Origin: Octopus bimaculoides
Taxonomy: Eukaryota
Length of the DNA stretch: 32,856 bases
NCBI RefSeq assembly: GCF_001194135.2
Contig: NC_068984.1
Coordinates: 45,931,038-45,963,893 of the forward strand
Reading direction: 5' to 3'
Each line of letters opens with the position of its first letter. The first letter of the stretch is position 1. The position numbers and the translations under genes are program-made. Positions 1-11,820 of the stretch are shown here, one piece after another. The notes under the pieces were generated by a model, which was given only the letters and a program-made list of their open reading frames with translations, was not told the origin of the DNA and did no database searches.

Positions 1-211
1 AGAGAAAGTGGTTGCAAGCATATTTTAAAAAATAGCTGTCGTAGGCAGATAAGCGGGATCTAGCAGGAATGAAAATAAAATTATAAAAAAAATTATAACA
101 GTTAAAAATTATAAACAAAATTTAAAATTCATTCACTTTTAATACAAATTAAACATGATAAATACAGATAAAAGTGAGTTTGAAAAGAAAAATTCTAGTT
201 CACTGAAATAG

Positions 212-650
212 ATGGTTAATTCTGGGACACCCTCTATGTACATCATAGAGATCAACTATCCTGCTGATATGAATATCATTTTGAAAACCAAAGAGAAAAT
301 GTATAATTATGGACAACAGTGTCGAAACCTCCAATTTGTATATCCAGATTATAAATTCGCATTTATACCAATGCTAATTGGTGCATTTGGGTTTCTGAGT
401 AAATGCCTAAGTAAGTGCAGTGACAATTTAGATAAGCTTGGATTTTCAGAAAAAAAAAAAAAATCAACCAACTAACTCGCAGATTACAGATACAATCTGT
501 ATGTGGGACAGTAAAAATATGCTTGATTTTTCTACGCTTTAAAATGTGAAAATGATTTCATTATCTACGTTCAAAGATGGAGCATTGTATATTTGTTAGA
601 AACCAGCTTCTTCCTCGGAGGAAGAATTTAAATAATCAAAAACAGAAGAA
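212..650 (+). mobile_element. 3' end of an RLE-type non-LTR retrotransposon (family A): decayed endonuclease C-terminus plus 3' UTR
   Basis: ORF 212-475 reads IIEINYPADMNIILKTKEKMYNYGQQCRNLQFVYPDYKFAFIPMLIGAFGFL...NLDKLGFS. This fits the RLE tail (E/D..P.D, K...Y..L, P.IIGA.G). After a frameshift in the A-run at ~450-463 it continues LTRRLQIQSVCGTVKICLIFLRFKM* (472-549). The same peptide recurs at 17651-17780 and 18445-18524. Runs into (CA)n at ~650. Confidence 0.8.
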
Positions 651-772
651 AACACACACACAAACACACACACACACACACATAAATATATACACACGTA
701 CACACACACATATACATATATAGGTAATATATACAGTAATAGATAAATAGGTAGGTAAATAGATAGATAGAT

Positions 773-818
<46 letters not shown>

Positions 819-882
819 AGAAATAAGATAATACACATACACACAAACACACATGTATGTATTTTCTATTCAGTTTTTATTT

Positions 883-918
<36 letters not shown>
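643..918. repeat. Compound microsatellite (CA)n/(GATA)n/(GA)n/(TA)n
   Basis: Directly visible; explains the ORFs at 596-854. Confidence 0.95.
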
Positions 919-919
<1 letters not shown>

Positions 920-1140
920 CGATACTTTTGTTTATTTTTATCAGATCTAATTTTCTAATTTAGCTTTCAAAACTACCCTCTGCTTCCTCACTTTCCTCTA
1001 TTGCTGTTTCACTCCAGCAATATCACTCTCCTTGTCACGTGTTCACAGTTTTCCTCATTGAAACCTTTGTACCCACTTCGTGCTAATCGACATTGTCCTT
1101 ATAGCCAGTACGGCCACCACTATCAACATACCCCTACCAT

Positions 1141-1141
1141 A

Positions 1142-1195
<54 letters not shown>

Positions 1196-1227
1196 AGCAG
1201 CATCAACAGTATCATCAGCATCGTCAT
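1141..1227. repeat. Compound trinucleotide microsatellite (ACC)n-(ATC)n-(AGC)n
   Basis: Directly visible. Confidence 0.9.
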
Positions 1228-1584
1228 CGATCTCGTTATATTTTCAGTGTACAAAACTTGCACCTAAACTTGCTTATTTCCTCTCTCCGTGCTTGTCCGT
1301 CTCTCTTTCCCTGTCGCTCACCCCTTCTCTCTCTTTTCTTTCACTCTTTCTTCACGCATCAATTATACTTATACACTCACACGCTTCAGTACGTAAATAC
1401 GTACGTGTCTGAATGTGCGTTAGCGTGAGCATGAGTGCGTGTGTATACTAATATATGCAGTTCTACACACATCTACACATAATATAACAACACACACACA
1501 CACACAAGATGCACGCATACATATACATATACATATACCTATGTGCATATAATCATTAATTATTGTCATGAAGATACTAATGAT

Positions 1585-1870
1585 GATGAAGCGATAATAT
1601 ATACTTTCATCCTCATGACAATGATCACCGTCATCGTCGTAGTCATCGTGTTGGTGGTGGTGGTGGTGGTGGTGGTTGCGGTCATCATCAACATCATCAC
1701 CACTAGACTCTTCACGTCTGACACCCATTCCACAGTGGAATTGAACCTGTATCTTCAAACGGAAGATGGGTGTCGGTATATGTGTGTGTTTGTGTATGTG
1801 AGTTTCTGTGTTTGTATGTGTGTGTTTGTGTGGGTGAGTGCGTGTGTGCGGGTGCGTGTGTGTTCGTGTT
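1585..1870. repeat. Degenerate (CAT/CGT/GGT)n followed by (GT)n-rich tract
   Basis: Directly visible; source of the poly-His/poly-Val ORFs. Confidence 0.85.
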
Positions 1871-2640
1871 TTGTAGTTGGGGTGGGGAGATCTCCAATTA
1901 AACAGACGTTGCCGATAAATCATTATCAGTAAACTAACCACGTGACTTCATTACTACCGGAGAAATTAATGACTGGCTCCGTTGAAATGTTTCTGAGAGA
2001 TGGTGTATACGGTCGGACATATGTCTCACTGTTTAATTACATTCTGCATCATTCGACACTCTCATCTTATACAACAACATCTACGAATGAATCAAAGGGC
2101 CTCGATGTATCAGAAATGGCAGCTAAGTTTCCTTCAACTCACAACTCTACTGTGTTAAGTTAGAAAAGGTCACACGAGCAGCTCATGTAGTTATAGATAC
2201 TCCTAAAATGCATTTCATTAGAAGTCTACTCAATTAGAGCTGATCAGAAGCCACACGGGATCCTCGATACATTAGAAATGACAGCCTGAGGCATTGAAAT
2301 CATTACTTCAAACTCTTAAATATGAAACAGGCACATTAAATAGTGTAGTCTTATATACCTCTAACAAGATGGGATTGTCATGGATAGAATGCCTTTGATG
2401 ATTTACCTACTCAGCTACAACAGAGTTGGCTTTAAATAATGCCATTTATTATTTCCAGCCTATATTCCACGAATCAATGAGCTAAACATCTACGCGGTTC
2501 CTCGATTTGATACAAGTAAACATTCATAAACACATACTATAGATAACAAGTTAAAGTCTGTCTTACATTTACGGTTTCATTACGTCGGTGCTTATTCTAG
2601 TTTCTAAGGAATTCAATGTTTCAAATTACAAGACCACCCC

Positions 2641-2776
2641 AACTACTGCTGGAGTGAACTGCAGCAACATGAAATGAAGTGCCTAGGTCAGGGGGATAAC
2701 ACGCTGCTGGGTCTGATAATTCAATTCTTGACCTTACGATCATATACCCGACACCCTAAACACTTGGCCACGCGTA
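2641..2776 (-). mobile_element. Degenerate tRNA-derived SINE head with CORE-like segment
   Basis: Minus strand has an A-box-like TGGCCAAGTGT, then ...GGCACTTCATTTCATGTTGCTGCAGTTCACTCCAG, resembling the SINE CORE domain. A related decayed copy lies at ~27165-27295. Confidence 0.55.
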
Positions 2777-2857
2777 TTACATATATGTGTTATATATATA
2801 TATATATATATATATATACGTGTGTGTGTGTGTGTGTATGAGTGTGTGTGTGTATGT

Positions 2858-3230
2858 ATGGAGTTTTTTAACATCGACGCATCCATGAACGACATCCCTA
2901 TTCCACCAAAAAAGGTTTATATTAAGCAGCTGATCCAGAAAACTCATTCATTTATAAATAGAGTTAGCTGGAAGGCATACTTTTTTGATAAAAAAAGAAC
3001 AACCCAATAACATGTCTAAGGATGAATTAAGATACAGGAGATTAACCAGACTTAGAGACGATGTTTTTGGTGTTTACTTTTTGCTATTCACCTTTTACCC
3101 TGAAGATGTGTAAGGTAATTTATCTATTTAACTTGAATTTGATAGTTAAATATAGCCTTATACAGAAATGATGGCATAGGAATAAACTTCAATAATAATG
3201 GATATTAGCGTCAAAACTGTCTTTTAAATT
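2858..3230 (+). mobile_element. Penelope-like element (PLE) fragment: N-terminal motif plus RT catalytic motif, internally deleted
   Basis: MEFFNIDASMNDIPIPPKKVYIKQLIQKTHSFINRVSWKAYFF matches the PLE N-terminal pattern (SMKNIPIP...Y...LI.K..SFI.RM.WKA.FF). IALYRNDGIG at ~3152-3181 matches the PLE GLYRDDGL motif. Stops and a large deletion lie between them. Confidence 0.7.
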
Positions 3231-3964
3231 TATATATATATATTTGGAATCTATGACAAATGAATAAATAAAATAAATTGCGTTTGTTAATGGGATGAAA
3301 AGCTTATTCTAGCTCATTCGATCGCAAATGTATCATTTATAGCTGGAAGCAATACTCAGAGAAAGATGTGAACACAGCACTGTATGTTAATGAGACTGTT
3401 TTTAATTTTTACCTTGCTGCCGCTGATATCAGTGAATTATTAATATAAATACTGTTATCTAATTAACTTTAGATGAGCTGAATCGTTGAATAGGGGATGA
3501 GGTAGGGGGACCCATAATATAATGTTGGAGAGAGATAGTACTTGTCATACTGACAGGACATATTTATGATTCATGAATGGACAGCTCCCAGGTGAAACCA
3601 ATAAACTAATGGATAATGACCGAATATACTAAATGCTAACTTCAGATGATTTTCTGCTCCGTTAGCCACTTGGTTATATGCACGTCACAAAACTACCATT
3701 TAAGGCTCGGTATGTTTCGTGAGACTGTAAATCTGAATGCGGCAGTTCCCCATAAAAGGCGCAGGCTACAGAAAGTTATTTTTCTTTATTAAAGTCTAAA
3801 TATCACTCATACATATAAGTCTCCTCTCCTTAAACCATCGATATGGTCCAAACGAAGGGTAGAAACAGATATAACTTACTGCCATCGATACTGCAGAGGT
3901 TACTGTCAGAGCACACAGAACAGTAATAGATAATGTTCTAAAGAATTTGCTAATCTATCACTTT

Positions 3965-4105
3965 GAACTGAAACTATATCTAACTCAAAAGGATGAAAGA
4001 TAAAGTTGACATCAGCTGCATCGGAACTGGAATGCAGAAAGCTTTAAAAGATACGGCAAGGCATTCTATCCGACGTTGTTTCGACTGTACCAGTTTGCTG
4101 GCTTA
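3965..4105 (-). mobile_element. Degenerate tRNA-SINE copy (same family as 11672-11820)
   Basis: AAAAGGATGAAAGATAAAGTTGACATCAGC...GGCATTCTATCCGACG aligns by eye to GAAAGGATGAAAGGCAAAGTCGACCTCAGC...AGCATTTCACTCTGCG at 11706-11795. Confidence 0.55.
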
Positions 4106-4284
4106 AATACACCACACAGCGGGGAATACTGCTTGTTTATAGATTTGTTGTGTAACCATGGCAAACAATATATATAACAGTCTGTTAAAGTCTGTCATAC
4201 CGGCCATGATGAAATACCACAAGGTATAGAAAATATGTATTCGTCTTTATATATTTAATCCTTTATATTGAACACTCAATATTT

Positions 4285-4349
4285 CATATATTCAATAAGA
4301 CATATTCCATATATTCAATAAGACATATTCCATATATTCAATAAGACAT
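4285..4349. repeat. 23-bp tandem repeat, ~2.8 copies (CATATATTCAATAAGACATATTC)
   Basis: Units start at 4285, 4308 and 4331. Confidence 0.9.
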
Positions 4350-4775
4350 TCAATACTTCATTTCATTGTTCCATCCATTTTTATATTATATATTGTATAT
4401 TCCATATTCTATATCCCACATTAATTTTACAAGAATATAAATAAAACATANNNNNNNNNNNNNNNNNNNNNNNNNNNNNNNNNNNNNNNNNNNNNNNNNN
4501 NNNNNNNNNNNNNNNNNNNNNNNNNNNNNNNNNNNNNNNNNNNNNNNNNNNNNNNNNNNNNNNNNNNNNNNNNNNNNNNNNNNNNNNNNNNNNNNNNNNN
4601 NNNNNNNNNNNNNNNNNNNNNNNNNNNNNNNNNNNNNNNNNNNNNNNNNNNNNNNNNNNNNNNNNNNNNNNNNNNNNNNNNNNNNNNNNNNNNNNNNNNN
4701 NNNNNNNNNNNNNNNNNNNNNNNNNNNNNNNNNNNNNNNNNNNNNNNNNNNNNNNNNNNNNNNNNNNNNNNNNNN

Positions 4776-4832
<57 letters not shown>

Positions 4833-5308
4833 ATTGCTTATGCTTGAGCTTAAGCAACCCAGTCGTACTCGGTCGAAGTCACGATACTTCAGTTTTGGGT
4901 CAATATGCTCTGTACTGCAAAACTAAGTAAAATGTTCTTAGACAGAACAAACCATGTTTATTTAAAGTTGTATTCGATTAAACCCGTTAGTGAAAGTTTT
5001 TTTTTACCAAAGGGCGAATGAATATGAATATCATATGTAATGATAAATGTGGAATCAGTTTCTCTTCATGGTATACAGTAGAAAATATAACAGCCTGCTA
5101 CACGCATGGAAATTCTCTCGCATCCTATGTGTAGGAAGATGTTGTATTAAATAAGATTTGAATGTCACTTGTCAAAACCATACATCATTCGTCTCGGGTA
5201 ACATATGATGCTATTAAATGCGTTAGTGCAGATCTCCAGATTTCTCTATTTCTATCGCTATTAATATGAATGCATACACATAGAAAATATATGTTGGCAT
5301 ATATATCT

Positions 5309-5309
<1 letters not shown>

Positions 5310-5346
<37 letters not shown>

Positions 5347-5426
5347 NNNNNNNNNNTATATATATATATATAAATGCACACTCATAAACACACACGTATG
5401 TGTATCTATCTACCGATCTATCTGTG

Positions 5427-5489
<63 letters not shown>

Positions 5490-5490
5490 A
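5310..5490. repeat. (TATC)n microsatellite blocks; similar blocks at 7380-7450 and 26060-26172, the last grading into (TGTC)n
   Basis: Directly visible. Confidence 0.95.
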
Positions 5491-6100
5491 AGTTCACACA
5501 CACATAAACACATAAACACACATACACACATAATGGTGATCTTACTATACGGACACGCATGTTACTACCGCTTATATCAAGATAACAATCCATTTGGTGA
5601 TAAATATTGAATAATAAAATGCAAGAAAAAAATTTATACGAGAAACTACAAATGAATATCTGTAGGATACATATAATTTTAAGATATACATATAAGTTGT
5701 GTACCTTCGATAAAACTCATCAACATATCACTTTTCCCTCTAAAAGCCTATTCATGTTAACAGTTATAATTGGAAGACTTAATGTTAAAAGCTGTGAAGA
5801 AACTCCGAAGTTATCTGACTAATAAAGTATCAGTGAAAACCTTTAAGTAACAATATCGCCAAGCAATATCAAATGAAACTTAAACGAAACATGTAAATTT
5901 AAAATGTCAAAAGATTGTGATGGCAATAGGTGTATCACAAAGCATACCACTAAAACATCATACGTAAGAGAGAAAGAAGTAAAATGTAATTGCTGTTGTT
6001 CACGGAAACGAAATGAGTAATATTATAAAGCAAACTGGAAATAAAAGCTAGAACACTGGCGGTATTCTACTTAGCTTGCAAAACCCACTTATGAATCAAC

Positions 6101-6281
6101 TACCGTATAAGACGCATGAGTGTATTTGATACAGCTCAATTCAGCAGCGTATGTTCAGGAAAGAAAAGTTTTTATTGCATTAAAGATTATAGGAGGCAAA
6201 ACTTCGTATATAGAAGACGCGGTTATTGTTAGAAAGATTTTAGTAAACATATGTGCATTCTATATGCGATAATATAAGGTA
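6101..6281. mobile_element. Possible decayed Tc2/pogo-type MITE
   Basis: Left TACCGTATAAGACGCA and right GTGCATTCTATATGCGATAATATAAGGTA resemble the TACCGTA...ATAAGACGCAC TIR pattern. Arms match only loosely. Confidence 0.3.
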
Positions 6282-7380
6282 GTCCATCGAGAACTGGTAA
6301 AATTATCTGAAAAAGTTACTGTGTAGTGTGCGATGAATTAAATTCTCCCATAATTCACGTAATAAGTATACACATTGTTATGCAAATAAAACTGATCAGT
6401 ATAGTTGAGTACTAATATCTAAACATTACAAAGAGCAAGAAAAATGACCATTTTTCAGTGACCAAAACCTGAAAAAAGAGTAGAAGTTAGTCAGATCGAT
6501 GCCACATCCTACGATCTATGTTCCGAGAGAAATGAAGCAAACCTTTTATACATATATATATATATATATAATATAATANNNNNNNNNNNNNNNNNNNNNN
6601 NNNNNNNNNNNNNNNNNNNNNNNNNNNNNNNNNNNNNNNNNNNNNNNNNNNNNNNNNNNNNNNNNNNNNNNNNNNNNNNNNNNNNNNNNNNNNNNNNNNN
6701 NNNNNNNNNNNNNNNNNNNNNNNNNNNNNNNNNNNNNNNNNNNNNNNNNNNNNNNNNNNNNNNNNNNNNNNNNNNNNNNNNNNNNNNNNNNNNNNNNNNN
6801 NNNNNNNNNNNNNNNNNNNNNNNNNNNNNNNNNNNNNNNNNNNNNNNNNNNNNNNNNNNNNNNNNNNNNNNNNNNNNNNNNNNNNNNNNNNNNNNNNNNN
6901 NNNNNNNNNNNNNNNNNNNNNNNNNNNNNNNNNNNNNNNNNNNNNNNNNNNNNNNNNNNNNNNNNNNNNNNNNNNNNNNNNNNNNNNNNNNNNNNNNNNN
7001 NNNNNNNNNNNNNNNNNNNNNNNNNNNNNNNNNNNNNNNNNNNNNNNNNNNNNNNNNNNNNNNNNNNNNNNNNNNNNNNNNNNNNNNNNNNNNNNNNNNN
7101 NNNNNNNNNNNNNNNNNNNNNNNNNNNNNNNNNNNNNNNNNNNNNNNNNNNNNNNNNNNNNNNNNNNNNNNNNNNNNNNNNNNNNNNNNNNNTTTCTCTT
7201 TTATTTCAAAGACCAGCGTCCTTTCTCGTTTTATTTCTTAAAGTCTAGCGATGTGGTGTATTTGAAACTGAAAGATTGCTAGGGAATAAAAATGGCTCGG
7301 TACTCTAATTTGAATGCAATGTATATTAAATGATATTTATCTCTCATCGTTGCTCCCACTAATAACGGAACAGTACGTGA

Positions 7381-7447
<67 letters not shown>

Positions 7448-8349
7448 ATATATAGGTATACATACAAATGTGTGTGTGAATGTGTGAATGCAAAATTTCA
7501 TGTCTACTTTTTCATAAACATAGGTCTTCAGCCTTTCTGTAAAATAATAGATTGGTTATAACTCATGTACACACACACGTATGCACAAGCAACCATACAT
7601 GCACATATATATATGTATGTATGTATGCGTATGTATATATATATGTATGTATGTATGCATATGTATATATATATATGAATGTGTGTATATATATATATAT
7701 CCGTGAATATGTGTGTCTGAGTGAGCGAGTGTAATTTATTCTTTAGTAACAGTGGAAAGGTTGATTCTCTTAGAAAGATTTCCAAATGTATATTCTCTCT
7801 TTCATCTCTCTCTTTATATGAATGCATACTGAGAAATAAAAAGAGAGAGAGAGAGAAAAGAAGAATGAATGAGAAACGGTAACAGTTAATCTGTCATTTG
7901 ATTTGAATATTAAAGAAAGTTATATGACAGCTTTGTGATTTTAAGGTCAGATTTATCTCTCAAAAAATCTGGTCACGAAGGATTTTATGATGCTGCACTT
8001 TTTGCTGTTTATGGTGATGCTGCTAATCATTAAGATGATCATGATTATGCTGAGAAAGAAATCATGATGCCATGGATATTATTGTTGGGTCGGATTCGAT
8101 TAATATTCAAGGTTATGATGTTGGTGAAGGAGTCAGGGGAGTAGATATGTATCAGGGGAGCCTTGAAATGAATGAACTCAGCAATTTTTAACAGCTATTT
8201 TAAGGAATTGATTGATCGCGTTCTTATAAAGTTAGATTCTGCATGCCTTCACACTTTTATATAAAAGGATATATGGACATAAGCATGCATACTTGTATAC
8301 ATTACATATATACATGTATATATACATCTCACTTTCTTTCTGTTTCTGT

Positions 8350-8389
<40 letters not shown>

Positions 8390-9229
8390 NNNNNNNNNNN
8401 NNNNNNNNNNNNNNNNNNNNNNNNNNNNNNNNNNNNNNNNNNNNNNNNNNNNNNNNNNNNNNNNNNNNNNNNNNNNNNNNNNNNNNNNNNNNNNNNNNNN
8501 NNNNNNNNNNNNNNNNNNNNNNNNNNNNNNNNNNNNNNNNNNNNNNNNNNNNNNNNNNNNNNNNNNNNNNNNNNNNNNNNNNNNNNNNNNNNNNNNNNNN
8601 NNNNNNNNNNNNNNNNNNNNNNNNNNNNNNNNNNNNNNNNNNNNNNNNNNNNNNNNNNNNNNNNNNNNNNNNNNNNNNNNNNNNNNNNNNNNNNNNNNNN
8701 NNNNNNNNNNNNNNNNNNNNNNNNNNNNNNNNNNNNNNNNNNNNNNNNNNNNNNNNNNNNNNNNNNNNNNNNNNNNNNNNNNNNNNNNNNNNNNNNNNNN
8801 NNNNNNNNNNNNNNNNNNNNNNNNNNNNNNNNNNNNNNNNNNNNNNNNNNNNNNNNNNNNNNNNNNNNATAGACAGAGAAGTAGATACAATACAACATGA
8901 TAAAGAATAATGGAGAATTTTACAGCATCAAACTATATTTATTTAATTATTATTCCCATCAAATTCCAATGCGACACGTGCTTCTACCGGATAAGTGCCT
9001 TCGTGTCCTTTGATGTAAAAGTTATGTGCATTTAGTTGATTTAAATGAAAGCAATTTCAGTACATATTCACCCAAAGCTAAACGTTCCTATGCAGATTTG
9101 TTAAAGCCACCTCTTTACGCCGTGAACCTAGTCCTCTATTAAGAGTTTAGAGTTTAAGTTCAAATCTTTCGAGCAATACTACGTATTCTTTATATTCTCC
9201 ATCTCTAGATCTCCCCGTTTGGCTGTGTA

Positions 9230-9526
9230 TGTGAGTGTTTATACAAGCGAAAACACTTAAATTTTCCATGAGCCTCCGGCAGGAGCTTGTGGTGATCCCT
9301 GCTGTGCTCTTTCACCACAACTTTCTCTTACTCATTCATCTTGCTTCTGTTGTATTTCAAAGGGCCAACCTTGTCATACTTTTTGTCACGCTGAATCTCC
9401 CCGAGAACTACGTTAAGAGTACACGTATCTTTGGAGTGCTCAGCCACTTGCACGTTAATTTGAAGAGCAGGCTGTTCCGTTGATTGGATCAATTAGAACC
9501 CTCGTCGTCGTAACGGATGGAGTACC
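9230..9526 (+). mobile_element. 5'-truncated SINE, same family as 17854-18240, opposite orientation
   Basis: Reverse complement aligns over ~300 bp with 17865-18165, including the shared block TCAACGGAACAGCCTGCTC..AATTAACGTGCAAGTGGCTGAGCAC. Confidence 0.9.
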
Positions 9527-9769
9527 GTAATATATNNNNNNNNNNNNNNNNNNNNNNNNNNNNNNNNNNNNNNNNNNNNNNNNNNNNNNNNNNNNNNNNN
9601 NNNNNNNNNNNNNNNNNNNNNNNNNNNNNNNNNNNNNNNNNNNNNNNNNNNNNNNNNNNNNNNNNNNNNNNNNNNNNNNNNNNNNNNNNNNNNNNNNNNA
9701 TATATATTTCAGTAAGATTCATTTGAATTATATACTTAAGTTGAGGCACCTCATTAGGTCGCAATAATA

Positions 9770-11680
9770 CATACGCACAACAATATTATCTAAATATCAA
9801 ACTTGGTACACAAGTAACGGCCGAATGATATTCTTGCTGAGACCCATCTGAGTAAAGAAATCCGCTCTTGAGCTACTCAGACATGTACATTATATCAAAT
9901 ATACGCAAAGGGAATTATATTAAATATACTAAAGGGAATTTCGAAAAGAATTATGCAATTCTCCGCCAATGTAAATATATTCAGCTCACTCACACTTCTA
10001 TAACTCTGATTTATCTAAGGCAGGAGATAATTTTTGAAAAGCTCAGAAAGTTTGAAAGGTTATAATAACAACTAAACTAATAGTCAGATCATTAAGACTA
10101 AATCAAACATTATTAATAAGGAATTTATGAATATTGACTATTCAAGTAATTCTTAAAATCCAACTGAATCCGATGAACATAATAAAAATAATAAGAACGA
10201 ACTTGGTGCCAAGCGAGCAAATTACCTAACATACAGATCTAATAGGGATGGTTTTTATAGTCCTATTGGAATTATGGACAAGAATTTTAGCAATAATGGA
10301 ATGGGTGCTAAGGGTGAAAGAATGTCTAATATGCATCCTAAAAGCGATGATCTAGATGGCGGGAATAAGGTCAATACTTGCAATAAATAGGGTATTACTT
10401 TTGGTAATAGCGTAAATAAGGGCCTATCATGAAGTTCGCGAGGTATCAGAGGGTTTGGTTGGGGCCACTTACGTAAAAATAAGAATTCTAAGAAAGATGT
10501 TTTAATCTGGTATAATCCTCCTTTTAATTGCTCAATAACTACTAATCTGTGTAGAACATTTCTAGCGTTATTGGAGAAAAATTTCCCCACTTCGCACAAA
10601 CATAGCACATTATTCTCGCGTAAGAAAATCAGAGTCTCATATTCAACTCTTCCGAATCTGGGTACGATAATAACTGGCCTGAACGGGAAAAATATAACAA
10701 TAGCCTGTGGGATTGACAATAATAATAGTAAAATTAATCTAGCCTCTAATGACAGCTTTAATAATCTTAATGATGTAAATATCAATAGTATTAAAGATCC
10801 TTGTAACCCGTTAAATTATGAGTTGCTTGTTAATTGTTAATCTAACAACCAGGATGTGTTTAAGCGTAACAAAGAGAGTATCATGAATAATAGTAGTAAA
10901 CAAGATGTGGCTGTGAATAATGTAGTGAGAACCGAGAACGTGCACCCATCAGCTAGCCTAGGTTATGACCTATCCTTGACTAGATCGGAATCTTGCCGCT
11001 AATCCGGTTTCAGCCAGTAGTAGTGTAGACCATATAGTTGGTGTTAATGACGCCAGTGAATCATCTGAAGTACACACAATCATCCCCTCCGCAACGCACA
11101 TACGTTCATTGCATAACTCCTAGCGATACAAGCCATGACCTGAGCGTTAGTATAACTAATAATACTAATTATAGTAACCAAAGTAGTGGCACCGTAATCC
11201 TTGATAACTCTATGAACTTTATTAGTATCCCTTATGATGGTCCTACGATTATTAATATATGAAAGTAAAAACTAGTAATGATAAACGTAATTGAAATTGT
11301 TGGGAAAGGGCCCATTGTCTGCTATTAGGTCGATGTTTACCTTAGAATGTAATATACAAATGTACAGCTATGACGGATATTAATAACTATATTTATTTCG
11401 AATCCTCTGTCGATATGAAAAAAAAACAAAACAATTGCATAATCACCTCTCATCTTCTAGACTTATACATAAGGCCAGTAGCACGTCCTTATTTACGAAG
11501 ATCTGGGAACTCAAGGATAACAATATTAAATCCAGTATAAAGTGGGTTTTAATTCGCAGAACTGGACCATATGCAAATGGCCAATATGGTTGTAGTGTAT
11601 GTTGCATGGAGATGTATGAAATATTCAAATATAGAGATAAGGACAACTTAATGAATAATAAATTGCATTTTAGTGTACAC
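9770..11680 (+). mobile_element. Decayed Penelope-like retroelement: RT thumb, linker and GIY-YIG endonuclease
   Basis: Frame 2 reads ILKGISKRIMQFSANVNIF (~9926-9982) and LIWYNPPFNCSITTNLCRTFLALLEKNFPTSHKHSTLFSRKKIRVSYSTLPNLGTII (10502-10672). Next come *NCWERAHCLLLGRCLP*NVIYKC (11292-11363; decayed CNC..C..G.CL..NVIY) and LFTKIWELKDNNIKSSIKWVLIRRTGPYANGQYGCSVCCME. All are diagnostic PLE motifs, with many stops and frameshifts. Confidence 0.85.
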
Positions 11681-11820
11681 AACTGGTAATTAATTTATCG
11701 ACCTCGAAAGGATGAAAGGCAAAGTCGACCTCAGCGGAATTTGAACTCAAAACGCAAAGACAGACGAAATACCGCTAAGCATTTCACTCTGCGTGCTATC
11801 GTTTCTGACAGCTCACCGCC
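11672..11820 (-). mobile_element. tRNA-derived SINE inserted at the 3' end of the PLE
   Basis: Minus strand reads GGCGGTGAGCTGTCAGAAACGATAGCACG...GAGTTCAAATTCCG (B-box-like), followed by GGTCGACTTTGCCTTTCATCCTTTCGAGGTCGATAAATTAATTACCAG. Confidence 0.8.

Noticed and set aside
10255-10785. 176-aa minus-strand ORF
   Set aside because: It is the antisense shadow of the plus-strand PLE frame and has no motifs of its own.
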